DNA from: the human T2T-CHM13v2.0 reference genome, Homo sapiens
Reading direction: 5' to 3' (one strand)
DNA length: 64,000 nt
NCBI RefSeq assembly: GCF_009914755.1
Contig: NC_060939.1
A program made the translations under genes and the position numbers. Positions 1-21,577 of the stretch are shown here, one piece after another. The stretch's first letter is position 1, and every line of letters begins with the position of its first letter. The notes beneath the pieces were generated by a model. That model was not told the origin of the DNA, did no database searches, and worked only from the letters and a program-made list of their open reading frames with translations.

Positions 1-132
1 TGGGGAGGGTAGTGGGGTTAATGAGTATAACAATATACTTGGATAGAATGGATAAGATCTAGCATTTGATAGTACAACAGGGTAACTACAGTCAACAATA
101 ATTTATTGTACATTTAAAAACAGCTAAAAGAG

Positions 133-1123
<991 letters not shown>

Positions 1124-1834
1124 GTTCCTGATGTGATTATTATGCATTATATGCCTGTATCAAAATATCTTATGTACCCCTAAATAGATACACCTATGCA
1201 GCCATAAAAATTAATAATTTAAAAATATCTTTGAAAAAAATAAGTTTCTACTTCATAGGGTGATTGTAATTATTAAATGAGTTACTATGGAAAGTGTTTA
1301 GAGCAGTACCTGGCATTTAGATGTTACCATATAAATATATAGCATTTATAGTGTGTGTGTGTGTATATGTCATATTTACACAGCATTTATATGTAGTATT
1401 TATAATTAGTTTGAAATCTGTGACACTGTGGAAAAGATTTACGTTTTGAAGTACTGTATGTTCAGAATTTTCCGTGAAGGAAATTCACAATGTGGAAGAA
1501 GGAATCACTTTACCACTGTTTCAGTCTCATAAGGGGTTGTGAGGATCGAATGAGGCCATATACCTCAGCTACATTTGTATTTGATTAATAAAAGAAAATA
1601 CGGGTGTAGGTAGTTGTCATCCAACTTAACTTGCCAACATAATTTCTGTATCTGAGAAATGCTGCTTCAAGTCCAAAGCAGCATAAAATGATGCAAGAAC
1701 ATCACACATTCTCATGACCTGCACATCACATATGCAACAATTCCATGAATGCTCATAGAAGCACCAGAAGATATCACCCAGACATGGTTCTTTAAACTGC
1801 TGCTCTGTGAGACTCCTTGGGGAGGGGAAAGAGC

Positions 1835-2000
1835 TTGACTGCCTGGGTTTGAGTGCTGGTTCTGTCACTTATTACATGTGATACTGGAGGAGTTACTTAA
1901 CCTCCCCAGGCTTCTGTTTCCTCGTCTGTAAAATGGGAATGATATCTACCTCCTGGATTTCTGGGCAAGTTGGATGAGAAAAGCTATGTGTTTCAGAAAT
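1835..2000 (+). mobile_element. MIR
   Basis: core agttacttaacctccccaggcttctgtttcctcgtctgtaaaatggg. Confidence 0.75.
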
Positions 2001-2769
2001 AAAAACTGTTGCTGACCTCTGCAGACTGTGGATGCTGGCGATGCAAGTACTCGTTGAGCAGGCTGTCTTGTGTGGGTGACAGTGTGTATTCCCACGAGCA
2101 GTCTTGGAGAGGCAGGACCCGGGTGATCTTCTTAGGGAAAGGGGAGAGATGGAGAGTCCAGAGGAAGATCCTGGAGGGAGCACTTGGGGCTGGGCAAGAT
2201 TCAGAGACTGCTCAGAGAAAGGGTCCATGAGAAACAGCCAAAAAGGAAAACAAGGGAGAGATGTTTAATGGAAAGAAATGCTTCACCCTATTGTTGTATG
2301 TATGAAAAATCTCCTCTTTCCTTGGTCTCCTCTATAAGCCTTCAATAAAATCCACCTGTGTAGGTGGCTTCTTTTGGGAGGAGTGAGAGCATTGGTAAAC
2401 CCTGCTTCGAGGATTCCTTAGGGAGGAAAGGTAGGTTGCAAAACACCCACATCTGAGTTACTTCTGTAATGTGCCTTGCACAGTCCTAGGTTCAGGGTAT
2501 GTGCGTAATAAGTGACAGACATTTTACGTCGTGTTACATGTGTGCACACATTCTGGTAAAAACTTGCCTCACTCCACGCCGCAGGCTCATGTCAGCGGCC
2601 CAGCACGAGTGTTTCTATGACAACCATGGCGTCTCTACGCCTTCAAGGTGGGCGCTCGTGAATGGGGATGTGGGTATAGTGGGTTCCAGTTCCGCCAGTA
2701 GACCAGCAAATCCTCCCTCTTTTGGCAAATTATTCTCTTCCACTCTCCACTTAGTTCACGCTGGTTGTA

Positions 2770-3360
2770 GGCGCCAGGCAGTGAACCGCGTCTCCGCTCT
2801 TCTGTCCCGCAGCGATCGCGCAGGTCCAGGGCCCGCTCCAGGGCACCTGGCCACGGTGGCTCCTAACCCTGGCAGATAACAGGCCTCTGTGCGCTCCGCT
2901 TGACCCCAGCGCGGCCCCAAGCTCCGAGGCGGGCTGGGGGCGTCCTCACTGCGCGCCCTCTGATCATGGCTCTGGCCTCACGCCTCTAGCCGCCGCGTAA
3001 GAGCCGAGGAGCGCGCAGGGGCAGGTTCCCTGGCCGGACGCTCCCTCCCCAGGGCCCGGGTCAGGGTCAAGGTCTCGGCTCTGCTCGTACGCAGCACCGC
3101 CCCTTGGCGCAGAGCCTGCGGGAATGTGCGGGCCGCCCCAGCGCCGACCTCGCGCAGCCGGTTCTGCCGCCGCCTCCAGGGCGGAGACTGGCTGCCCGCT
3201 TGGACTAGGCGGCGGGGCGGAGCGGAGGCCGCGGGCTGGGCGTCCGCGCGGTGCGGACTGTATGTGCCTCCCACGATGGCCCGTGGGGCCTGCGCTCTGC
3301 CCGATCAGATGGAAAAGAACGTTTTAGATTGAAGTTTTAAGACGACTCTCCCGATGCCGC
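2770..3360. promoter_or_regulatory. Orphan CpG island with GC boxes (promoter/enhancer-like)
   Basis: very GC- and CpG-rich, non-repeat; ggggcggagc at about 3214; no credible protein ORF. Confidence 0.8.
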
Positions 3361-4123
3361 TTGAACTGGGTACAGGTGTGTGTAAAAACAGGGTCACAGG
3401 CTCAGTGCATTCAGTGATGATGCAACTGTGGCTGAGCGCCAAGCCCTCCGGCAGGCAACGCCGGACAGGCAGCCCTCCAAACCCACAGAGGAGCGCGACC
3501 CCTCCCCATGTCTGCACCCCACCCGCCTCTGCCCTCCTCTCTGCTCCCCAAACCTCTACTTTGGGGATAAGTATTAACTCTCCTGGCTCTGACATCCCAC
3601 CTGATGAATGTCCCTCTGCAAGGATCTGGGGTTGCCCTACACGTGTTTGGGCCCTCTTTTTTCGGGCCTCTGGCTTTAGCCATAGACCTTGGTCTTTGTC
3701 CTGCTTTCTCCTCTGCCTCACCATCACCCTGTTTTCCGTATGACCCAATCTCCTTCCAACACCCCAGTCCCTTCATCAGCAGCCCCAATCCTGATGCCTG
3801 AGCAACTTCATTAAAAGTAACTACCATCCACCATCAGCCCAGGATCACTCAGCTCCTTCAGCTGTAACCCTAGAATTCAACTCTCATAGCTATCCTCGCC
3901 TTCATTTCTTAGACTTCACAATTCTGTGGTTATTTCTGTCTCTCTATTCCCCATGCTCACTAATCTCCATCCTTAACATGCCCCCACATGCTGCCCTCCA
4001 GCTTTTTTGTCTCCATGGTCCCTGACTCAGACCTTCCCTCCTGAGTGGGGCCCCCACCTCCCTTGAATCTGGGATCACTGGCCCAGCCCAGCACAGAATC
4101 TTCTCCTGATGTTGGCCTGATGA

Positions 4124-4678
<555 letters not shown>

Positions 4679-5327
4679 GGAACCCCATTTCTTAATCTCA
4701 CCTGCCATTAAAGGTCCTGCATCCTCCTGGGTCCTCCTGGAACAGAAGTTATACTAGCCTTCACGGTGAAGGAGGAGCAGCGCTTAGCCTCATCCTTCCT
4801 CCCGGCACACCCAGGGATGCTATTGGGTCAGCCAAACATTACCACCAAGAATTGGTAAAGGAAACAAAGGCTGGTTTGATCTTCAGAGTCTTGGCTGCTC
4901 CTGTTTCCTAAAATTGATAGTGACTACATCGTTACTCTCTGAGTACCTACTGAGTATAGTAAGGGACTCCCAGAAGGGGAAAGCATCGTCCTCTTCCCTG
5001 GCTTAACTAAATCCTACCCCTTCCATCAAGGCCCAAGTCCTACACAGCTGAGGGCTTAATTAGAGCCTACCTTTATCACTCGCTGTGGTCTTCTCTGTCA
5101 TTGCTGTTTCCAGAAAGAGACAGTGATGTCATCTCTGTGCCTCTGGTCAGCTCTGGAGCATCCGCCACATCTTAGGCTGGACAGCCAATCACATGCCAAG
5201 GGAGGCTGGGCTCCCCCTTCCAGGGGCTCTCAGGGTGTGTGCTGTGGATGTGTGCCCAAGAAGGTGTGTGTGTTCATGCGTCTCTCCTGCCCCAGGAGGC
5301 CTCTGCGGAGTTGTTCTTGGCCCATCA

Positions 5328-5838
<511 letters not shown>

Positions 5839-5929
5839 CCACCATCTACTATCCCATCAGTTCATAAATAAAGACTTTCTAATTCCCAAAATATGGAAAT
5901 GACATCATTTTAGATGAATATCCATTTGT

Positions 5930-7496
<1,567 letters not shown>

Positions 7497-7894
7497 AATA
7501 AGTCTTTTAAAGGAAAAAAGGCTTTTTGAAAAATTCATAACATAATCCTTATTTTGGACTGACTCTTAAAAACCCTGGCACAAGAATGCAAGCAAATTAC
7601 TCATTTATCTATCAAATCCTTGAGTACTGCATGTGCCAGGTACTGCTCCAGACCCTGCCTTCTCCATCTAACTCCCTCTTTAGTCATCCTGGACAGACTG
7701 GCCCCAGGCTTGGGTCCCCAAAGTCATTTCTTGAGCCGCTTGAAGGCAGGAGCTGATACAGAGACACAGTAGGTAGTGGTTCTGGAATCTAGTGTACCCA
7801 CAGTGTAACAAGGAGACCTGCTCTCAACTCTATGGATACAGCAAGGCTCTTCTGTGATGAAAGAAATAATATTGCTGACATATGTGTTTATATT

Positions 7895-8335
7895 TTAATT
7901 AGCTTTCTCTGAGTTACACTGTAGTAACAAATAACCCAAAACTCTTAGTGGCTTACAGTAAGAAGGGTTTATTTCTTATGCACATTTTATGTCGGCTGTG
8001 GTCATTGGTGGTTCTGCTCTGTGTTGTCCTCTCCATTCTGGGATCTGGGCAGAAGATGTAGCCTCTATTTGAAATATGTAATCCTCATGGCAGAGGGAAA
8101 AGGAAAGTGATAGAAGTCTGCCATAGTTCTTAAACCTTCTGCAGGGAAAAGCATAGTCATTTCCACTTACATTTATTGGCCACCTCAAGTCGTGTGACCA
8201 TGCCCGCCATTAATGGGACAGTGAAGTGTATTCCTCCTAAAAAGGAGTGCCGCAAGTCACATAGCAAAAGGAGAGGACGTATAATCACCTCACAGGAAAG
8301 GATAGAATAAATCAGAACCAATAATGCAACCAACT
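7895..8335 (-). mobile_element. Old MaLR LTR (MLT1J/K-like)
   Basis: gtagtaacaaataacccaaaactcttagtggcttacagtaagaagggtttatttctt. Confidence 0.65.
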
Positions 8336-8348
8336 ATGGTAGAATTCT

Positions 8349-8643
<295 letters not shown>

Positions 8644-9099
8644 GGTAGAATTATTTTATACAGGTTCTCTGCACCAACCTTCCAATTTACAGAAAACAGA
8701 GAGGGCCAGAGGAACAAGTTAAACAACACCATGAAGAAACACTCACTCAATCCAAAATGTGGAACATTCTGTAAGAAAGCTGGCCTGGAGTCTTCAAAAA
8801 GACAATGTTATAGAAAAAGAAAGAAGCGACTCTTCCAGCTTAAAGGATACAACAATTCATAAGCTTGGATTGAATCTGATTTTTAAAAATCTATAATTAG
8901 GGACAATTGGGTAAAATGTTATATAAACTAAATATTAGATGATATTAGAGAATTATTGTTAACTTTTTAGGCATGATAATGATTTTGTAGTTATGTAGGG
9001 GAATGTCCCTCTTTTAGGAGATACATGCAAATATATTCAGAGGTGAAGTGACATAACATTTGCAATTTACTTTCAAAAGGTTAAGCAAAAAAGTATTCA

Positions 9100-9895
<796 letters not shown>

Positions 9896-10044
9896 TTATC
9901 TTAAACAAAGTAACATGAGGAGAAAAAGAAAAATTATTTTGAAAAAGAATAAAATGTTTCTGAACTTATAGTATTTTTTAAATCGTTATAATTTTCTCTA
10001 TTGGTTTAATCTCCACTAACATATGAGGAGAAAGCCCTTAATTT

Positions 10045-10270
10045 TTATTTTATTTTATCTTAATTTTTTTAGAGACAGCGTCTCAGTCTGTCAACCAGGC
10101 TGGAGTGCAGTGCCACGATCATAGCTCACTGTAGCCTCAAACTCCCAGCACTGTGGGAGGCTGAGGCAGGAGGATCACTTGAGCCCACGAATTTGAAGCT
10201 GTAGTGAGCTATGATCACGCTACTGCACAAAGTGAGACCCCGTCTCAAAAAAATTAAAAATAAATAAATA
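10045..10270. mobile_element. Head-to-head pair of truncated AluJ-type arms
   Basis: minus-strand arm with T-tail joined directly to a plus-strand arm with A-tail. Confidence 0.85.
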
Positions 10271-10552
10271 AGGTAGAAAGCCTCCTAATTAAGCCTTTCT
10301 GGAAAGTCTTAACTAATATACTGTATTATATGAAACACCTTACAAACTTCATATCCACTTTGTCTTGGGAATTTAACTAAGAAAAGAACCGTGGATTTCT
10401 GTAAAGATTCAGCAACAAGGAAGTTCATCCCAGCATTATTTACTTCAGTGAAAAAAAAATGGGTATAATTTAAGTGTTCCAACAATAGTTGGTTAAATAA
10501 ACTATGGCCCAGTCACCCAAAGAAAGGAATACAATACAGCCATCAAAAATTA

Positions 10553-10863
<311 letters not shown>

Positions 10864-11561
10864 GGTATTGCAGAACAACAAGTGAAAGATACTCATACAA
10901 TGTATTTAACAAGTGGAAAGATACTCGTACAATATATTTAGTTTATGAAACAACAGTATGTACTGTATAATCCTGTTTTTGTTAAAAAAAGAAAAAAAAC
11001 AGAAAAAAGACTGGAAGAATATACACTCAAGTGCCTAATATCTTGGTTATCTCTGGAGGTTGGATTTACAGATAATTTTTATTATTTTATTTTTCCTTAT
11101 ATCTACTTTAAAAATGTTATAAAGTGAATGTGAATTACTTTTAAATTAAGAAAAAAACATAAAAATGATATTTGAAGGAAGGCTACTGAATTGCCAAATA
11201 TTTTCTTCTGAAGAACATGAAGGAGCCCCCTTGTGGGTCCCTGGACCCTTAATCAGAGCTGAGACCAACCCAAGCCGCAAGGTGGCAGTGCTGTTCGCTG
11301 AGGCTGCCCTTGGGCTGAGCACTCTTGGGCCACACCCGTGAGAGTGCCCCCTCCCCCAGTTTCCCTTTTACCCCAACACACATGGGCACCCCCTGAAAGA
11401 AGAGACAACTTGGTGTGCACAGCTGCTCTGCCCATCTTTGCACCTAAGTCCAGGGTGACAGGGGAGTGGAGACGACAAATCAAGAATGTCCTTTCCTTGG
11501 AGGAAACTGGGAGGCTTCCCCCAACAACCATTGTCTCTGAATGTGGCTCCAGCTGCCAGAT

Positions 11562-11563
11562 TG

Positions 11564-11618
<55 letters not shown>
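11562..11618. repeat. (GT)n microsatellite
   Basis: read directly. Confidence 0.98.
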
Positions 11619-11620
<2 letters not shown>

Positions 11621-12054
11621 TCTGCATGTTTTGCTTATTGTATCGTTTTTCTTGGATGTTGTGTATTTGTTTTAATGTTTAGAACTTGTTCTTTTATTTC
11701 AGAACAATATGAACAGAACACAATGTTGAAGAAAATACATTTACTTTGTACCCAATTCTATGCATATTTTCTTCTGCTTTCCAGTCCACACGTTGTTCAT
11801 CATATTGGAAATCCTCTCTACACCTGCTTTGAAGCAGGATCAATGCACTATACTGATATAATTTCAGCAAATAACTACTGACATGAATTCATAAATGGCA
11901 TCATTTTGCATTCTGCTCTGTAGGCTTATAATAAAAGTACTTCGTCTACAAAGCAATAATGCAACTTTATTTATAAAATCATTTTCCAATTAAGAAAATT
12001 TTCAATGGTTTATAAAAGTGGACATTTGCACAATCTTTTTCATAATTCATGAAA

Positions 12055-13980
12055 TTGTTTAAAGTGTAAAATTCAGTATTTTTTAGTATATTCACAGAAT
12101 TCTGCAACATCACCAGAATAAATTTTAGAATATAATTGAATCTTGAACAACGTGGAGGTTAGGGGTGCCAGCCTCCCTGCAGCTAAAAATCCATGTATAA
12201 CTTTTGACTCCCCCAGAGCTTAACTACTAATAGCCTTCTGTTTACCTGAAGCCTTAGTGATAACATAAACAGTTGATTAACGCATATTTTGTCTGCTATA
12301 TGTATTATACTCTTACAATAAAGTAAGCTAGAGAAAAGGAATGCTATCAGGAAACTCATAAGAAAGAAAAAACTATGTTTACTATTCATTAAGTGGAAGT
12401 GGATCATCATAAAGATCTTCATCCTTGTCATCTTCGCGTCGAGTAGGCTGAGGAGGAGGAGGAAAACGGGTTGGTCTTGCTGTCTTGGGGTGGCACAGTC
12501 AGAAGAAACTTTGTCTATCAGTGGACCAGTGCAGTTCAAACCTGTGTTGTTCAAGAGTCAACTGTATTTTCATCACCCCCGAAAAAGAAACCCTATATCC
12601 ATTAGCAGTCACTCCTCATTTCCCCTATATATTTGCATATTCTAGACATTGCATATAGATGGGATTATACAACGCGTGTCTTTTGTGACACTTTTCTCAC
12701 TTGGCATAACGTTTTCAAGGTTCATCCACGTTGTAGCATGTATCAGTACTTCATTCCTTTGTAGTGCCAAATAATATTCCATTGTATGGAATTTTATTTA
12801 TCCATCCATCAATGGATGGATATTTGGGTTATTTCCACTTTGGGCTACTATGAATAATGCTGCTATGAATATTCATATACACGTTTTTGTGTGGGATATA
12901 CCTAGGAGTGAAATTGCTGCATCATATGACTGTTTTCCAAAGTGGATGCACCACTGTACGTTCCCACTAACAATGTATGAGGGTTCCAGTTTCTCTACAT
13001 CCTCGCAGACTCTTGTTATTGTCTATCTTTTTGATAATAGCCATCCTAATGAGTGTTAAGTGGTATCTCATTGTAGTTTTGATTTGCCTTTCCATGATGG
13101 CTAGTGGCCATTTCTGTATCTTCTTTGGAGCTATGTCTATTCAGATCCTTTGCCCATTGTTTAATTGGGTTATTTGTCATTTTATGATTGAGTTGTTAAA
13201 GTTCTTCATAAATTCTAGACAGCAGTCCCTTATCAGATATCTGATTTGCAGATATTTTATGCCATTCTGTGAATTGTCTTTTCACCTTCCTATTGGTGTT
13301 CTTTGAAGCACCAAAATTTATAATTGTGATAAAGTCCAGTTTATCTATTTTTTTCTTTTGTCACTTGTGCTTTGGCCCATACCAAGGTCACAAATATTAT
13401 TCCTATATTTTCTTCCTATATTTCTTCTAAGAAATATATGGTTTCTCCAAAGTAATGCAGATTATTTAAAAAAAGAGAAAAAAAGAAATATGTGGCATGT
13501 AGGGTGTCAGATAGGGGTCCAATTTCATTCCTTTGCAGTTGTATATCCAGTTGTCCCAACACCATTTGTTAAAAATACTATTTTTTTCTCCATTCAATTG
13601 TCTTGACACTCTTGTTGAAAATCAATTAATCATAAATGAAAGGGTATACTTCTGGACTCACAATTCTATTCTATTGCTTTATGTCTATCCTTATGGCAGT
13701 ACCACACTGTCTTGATTACCACGGTTTTATAGGAAGTTTTGAAATTAGGAAGTGTGAGCCCTCCAACTTTGTTCTTCTTTTTCAAGACTGTTTTGGCTAT
13801 TCTGGATTCCTGGAATTTCTATATGAATTTTAGAATCAGCTTGTCAATTTCTACCAAAAAATCCAGCTGTGATTTTGCTGTAGATTGCAATGAATCTGTA
13901 GATCATTTTGGGGAAAACTGGCATCTTAACCATGTTAAGTCTTCTGATCAATGAACATAGAACGTCTTTCCTTTAATTTA
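12055..13980 (-). mobile_element. L1MB-type fragment (3' UTR and ORF2 end)
   Basis: aagtggtatctcattgtagttttgatttgc, ccagttgtcccaacaccatttgttaaaa. Confidence 0.85.
12133..12564. mobile_element. Tigger2-family non-autonomous DNA transposon (MER28/Tigger2a-like) inserted in the L1
   Basis: TIRs taattgaatcttgaacaac / gttgttcaagagtcaactg, TA on both sides. Confidence 0.85.
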
Positions 13981-14189
13981 GGTGTACATCTGCTTTTTAA
14001 ATGTTACTGGGCAGGGAGCTTAAATATCAGATGGTTCTAGTTTATTCTCAAACACTTGGGTAACTTGAGTAAAGCCCATTAAGCATGTAGATGTCACTCA
14101 GCAAAGCCTGAGGAGGACAGTCCCTACCTTTGCAGTACGGACAGTTGCTCAGCATAACTCAGAGGTGCTGCCACAGGTTTCTGGTTTTC

Positions 14190-14888
<699 letters not shown>

Positions 14889-15029
14889 GGAAAAGGTGGA
14901 TAAGTCTCTCTGGATTTATTTTCCTTACCTGTAAAAAGGAAATAACCATAATTACCTCAACTACTTCAGTAAAATTGTGTTGAACAAATTTTTTGAATTA
15001 TAAAAGTAAATAGGTAAAAGATAGTTTAT

Positions 15030-16090
15030 TAAATAGGATATAAAAAGGGTCAATAAACAAATGAAAATATGCTCAATATCAATAGCCAACTGAGAAATGC
15101 AAATTAAAGCCACAGTGAAATACACACCCACCAGAATGGCTAAAATTAAAGACTGATACTACCAAGTCCTGATGAACACATGGAACAATTAGAACTCTCA
15201 TTCATTGCTGGTGGGAGTGTTAAATGGGACAACCACTTTAGAAAACATATTGGCAGTTTTTAAAAATAAAACTAACAGACATAACAGTAGTTCCATTTTG
15301 TGGTATTTACCCAAGATAAAAGAAAATGTATATTCACAGAACAGCTGTACATGAATGTTCATAGCTGTTTTATTCACAGTAGCCAAAAACTGGACACAAA
15401 TATCAGTTGACGGGAGAATGGATAAGTAAATTGTGGTATATCCAGAACAATTAAAGACAAGTCAGTAATTTAAAAGAAGAACAAATTATTGATACACACA
15501 ACATGCATAATCTTTTTTTTTTTTTTTTTTTTTTTTTTTGAGACGGGAGTCTGGCTCTGTCGCCCAGGCTGGAGTGCGATGGCGCGATCTCGGCTCTGCA
15601 AGCTCCAGCCTCCCAGGTTGACGCCATTCTCCTGCCTCAGCCTCCCGAGTAGCTGGGACTATAGGCACCCGCCACCACGCCCAGCTAATTTTTTGTATTT
15701 TTAGTAGAGACGGGGTTTCACCGTGTTAGCCAGGATGATCTCGATCTCCTGACCTCGTGATCCGCCCACCTCGGCCTCCCCAAAGTGCTGGGATTACAGG
15801 CCTGAGCCACCGCGCCCAGCCACAACATGCATAATCTTAAAAATATTATGTTGAGTGAAAGAAGCCAGACACAAAAGAGTATGTACTGTATAACTGGATT
15901 TATGTAAAATTCTAGAATGGACAAAACTAAGCTATAGGGACAGCAGATCAGTGGTTGCCTGGGGCTTATGGGGGTTGGGGCAATTGGCTGCAAAGAGGCA
16001 TGAGAGAACTTTCTGGAATGATGGAAAGGCTCTGTCTTCATTGGGGTGGTGGTTACATGTGTGTATACCTTTGGAAAAATTCATCAAGCT
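15030..16090 (+). mobile_element. Old L1M (L1ME/MC-like) 3' fragment with an AluY (15514-15821, minus)
   Basis: gaaatgcaaattaaagccacagtgaaatacacacccaccagaatggct; Alu TSD cacaacatgcataatctt. Confidence 0.85.
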
Positions 16091-16094
16091 GTTC

Positions 16095-16828
<734 letters not shown>

Positions 16829-17995
16829 AGCACTCTTCCTCTAAAGTCTCCCCAAACTATGTTATGTCTCCTAAATTCTGAAAAAGTCCTTCTAAATATT
16901 CTAAAGCCACACTCTTTTAGACTTATTTCCAAGACCTCAGGGAGGCCTACCAGTCCTTCTCAGGCCACTGTAACTGACCTGAAGTGTCCTCTTACCCAGA
17001 CCTCAGCTCCTTTGACCTCACCCTGGCAGGCCACTGGGACCTCGCCTGCTCCTCAGAGCTGACCCTGCCTGACACCCCTTGTTTCTCCCTTAAGCTTTGA
17101 GTGCAGAGACCCAGGACATTCAGGATTCAGCCACAGGTGCTCAGGGAATACTGGGTGGCCTCTGGCCTGGGTTCTCCAAGCCTTAGAAGCCACCCACCCA
17201 TAATGTCTGGTCCACCCAATGCCCTGGCCCTTGGATGCTCATACTTTGGTGTCTCTCCTTAGGTATAAATAAAATAGTGTCAATAATTACATATCTTTGT
17301 CCTTGGCCTTTTTTTTTTTTCTCTCCATGACCTGCAAGTCACCGTGGATGGTGGCTGGGGTGGTTGGGCTTTACTGTTCTTTCCCACTGAGAGTGCAGAC
17401 GAAAGACCTCTGCAACAACACCTGTGAACTGCCTGGTGCCTGTGTGGGCCCACTGCGGCCTCACCTCACACAATGTGGGCTGTGTAGACCAGAGCCAGAG
17501 AAAGTTAAAGCTGCTCATGCACTAGGGATAAACACAATTGACAGTGGTTACTGTCCTTCCAGAACATTTTTTTTCATGAAAATATGTGGGCTTGTTTGTA
17601 AGTGTGTGTTGGGGGGTCATTTGTTTTTAACAGGCTGGGCTCATGCTCTTTCAGCTCAATAAATATTTATTGATTAGCTACTGTATGCCAGGTACTGTTT
17701 TATATAACTGAAAATAATACTGTAACTTGCTGTTTTTTCTTAAAAGCATAAAATCTTTCCACATCAGTACATAATGATCTCCATCATTATTATTGACAGT
17801 CACATGGTAGTCCATAGCAAGGCAGTTTCACAACTCCAGAATTTAACTAATTTTAGACATTCAGATTGTCTCCATATACTTTTCCATTACAAGTAATGCT
17901 GCAGTGAATGCCTTTGTCATATGACCTTGTACACATTTGTAAATATTTCTAATAGACTCCTATAAGGGAAACTGCTTAATTAGAACAAATGTGCT

Positions 17996-18857
<862 letters not shown>

Positions 18858-18861
18858 TAGG

Positions 18862-19291
18862 TGCTATGGTTTGAATATTTGTACCCTCCAAAACTCTTGT
18901 TGAAACTTAATTCCCAGTGTGGCAGTATTGGGAAGTGGGGTCTTTAAGAGGTGATTGGATAATGAGGGCTCTGCTTTCTCACAGATGGGTTCTTTCATTC
19001 ATAAATTCGTGGATTAATGGGTTACTGTGGGAGGGGAGCTGGTGGCTTTATAAGAAGAGGAAGAGAGACCTGAGCTAGCACATTAGCACGTTCAGCCCCC
19101 TCACCATGTGGTGCTGTGCTCTGCCTTGGGACGCTGAAGAGAGTTCCCACCAGCAAGAAGGCTCTCACCAGATACAGCCCCTTGACCTTGGACTTCTCAG
19201 CCTCCATAAGAGTAAGAAATACACTTCTTTTCTTTATAAATTGCTCAGTTTTAGATATTCTGTTATAAGCAACAGAAAACAGACTAAGATA
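18862..19291 (+). mobile_element. MaLR solo LTR (MST-type)
   Basis: starts tgctatggtttgaat, ends agcaacagaaaacagactaagata. Confidence 0.85.
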
Positions 19292-20934
19292 CCAGGTATC
19301 AAGATTGTACCCATTCATTCCGCTACTACTAGTGTACAAGAAGGCCCTTTCCCCTACTCCCTGTGGCCTATCTTCAGTAATTTTGTCAATTTCATAGATA
19401 AAAATGGGCAATAATCTTTTCAACAGAAATCAGCCTCAGCGGTCGATACTGACTGAGCAGTTTACAACCTTCAGCACAGGGCACTTCTAAAGTGTAAACT
19501 GAGAGAGGCGAAGCTCTGGCCGCTCTCATGGGGAAGATTCGGATTTGGCTAACACTTGCACGGTCAGTCATGTACGTTCACACACTTGGTCTTCTTTCTC
19601 CCTCACCACCACCCTCTAAGGTAAATGTCATTATCTCATTTTTTCAGATGAGGAAACAGGCCCAGAGAGACTAACTTCTCTAAATCAAAAAGTTAAGAAG
19701 TAACAGCCCAGGGGGTGGGGGAGTCTGAGAGTGAAGGGAAGAGTAGCAGAGGCAAGGCCATCATTAACCCTGGAGCTTGCGTGGAGCCAGGACTGGGTCT
19801 CAAGGCAAGGCCAGACCAAGGGAGGAGTGGAGGAGGGAATGACATGAAATTCTTTGCCATGGGATGCAGACTGTGGAATCTGTTTTGCCTGTGCTCAAGG
19901 CTTGTCCTGGTTGGGCATGAGGTAGAGGCTGCAAAGAGTCCAGGGCCCTCAAATCCAGGGAGGGGAAGACACCAGGTCTGGTAATGCAGAAGGCCTGAGG
20001 AGAGATTGGGCAGGGATGTTACCCTGGTGATGACGGAGGTGGGTTGGAGTTGATTATATGGGTGCAGGCCTTGTCCACAAGCGAATGGGAAACTTCTTCC
20101 GTCCTCCTAGCTGGCCTGCCCAAAGCCCTTAGCACAGATCCCATTTCTCAAAAAACTATTAAAAAAAAGAGAAGAAAAGAAAAGTAAAAGAAAACCCCTC
20201 AACAGTCCTCTTTGCATAATGGTGGCTCTGAGCCTGGGATTTCCAAGGACAGACTCGTGTCTAACCACCTCTGGCTCCAGCACGTGCTGAGTGGTATTCA
20301 GCGCTCAGCATTCTGAAGAAATATTTTCAGCAGTCTTTCGGTGGGGACCCAGTAGGCAGCTAAGTGCCTTTGTCTGGAGATTCTCTTCCCTGGTGAAGGT
20401 CAGCTCAGCTGGACAGGCTTCCAGGGTCACAGAAACCTCTGTGGACCCACACGTACACTAGAAGCTGCCGCTCTGCAGGGGTGGCTTCATCTCAGCCCCT
20501 TTTCCCACACAACCTTGGTGCACAATATGCTACTCTCTGCCAGGGGTCTTAAGGGGAAGCTTAACACATGGCAGCATCACTGGAGTGGTGGTTTGCCAGT
20601 GTTTTCAGATGACAGAGGTCCGAAGAATACAGAAAAGGGCCTTGCATCCTGAACCTGGTGAAATTGTGGCCCAGGATCACAGGAAAAGAGCACACCTTTC
20701 CTCAGTCTTTTTATTTGTGAAAATAGTACAAATAATAGAAACTCTATTCTTTGGTTGGTTATGTGTTTATTCTTAGGAAATGCGTTTATATGCAGAGAGA
20801 AAAAGCAGAGGGAGAGAGAGCAAGCACATGCACATAATGTGGTAACGTCAGTGAATCTGGGGAAAAGGTATTTGGAAATTCCTTGTACATTCAACTTTTC
20901 TGTAAGTTTGAAATTGTATCAAAATAAAAAGTGA

Positions 20935-21203
<269 letters not shown>

Positions 21204-21312
21204 TAAAAAGTAACAAAAAGAATTACAAAAACCAGAGGAGCATTTTTAGGTAAATTAATCTTCATTCCCACAAGACTAGCGCAAGATTGGGTTTAAATTT
21301 TGCATAGATTTT

Positions 21313-21568
<256 letters not shown>

Positions 21569-21577
21569 ATTTTGTGT

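Noticed and set aside
2978-3827. Overlapping ORFs across the CpG island, including the 18-aa MARGACALPDQMEKNVLD
   Set aside because: Expected from stop-codon scarcity in GC-rich DNA; no recognisable homology
10877-10939. 31-32-bp tandem duplication (aacaagtgaaagatactc...)
   Set aside because: Ordinary slippage within old L1-derived sequence; two units, no spacers, not CRISPR-like
11640-12050. AT-rich unique-looking segment with a short ORF (PHVVHHIGNPLYTCFEAG)
   Set aside because: Cannot assign; may be an old DNA-transposon remnant and needs a Dfam/tBLASTx search
19459-19501. 9-bp inverted repeat cagtttaca/tgtaaactg, miRNA-like
   Set aside because: Stem too short and the interior does not pair; no match to a miRNA I recognise
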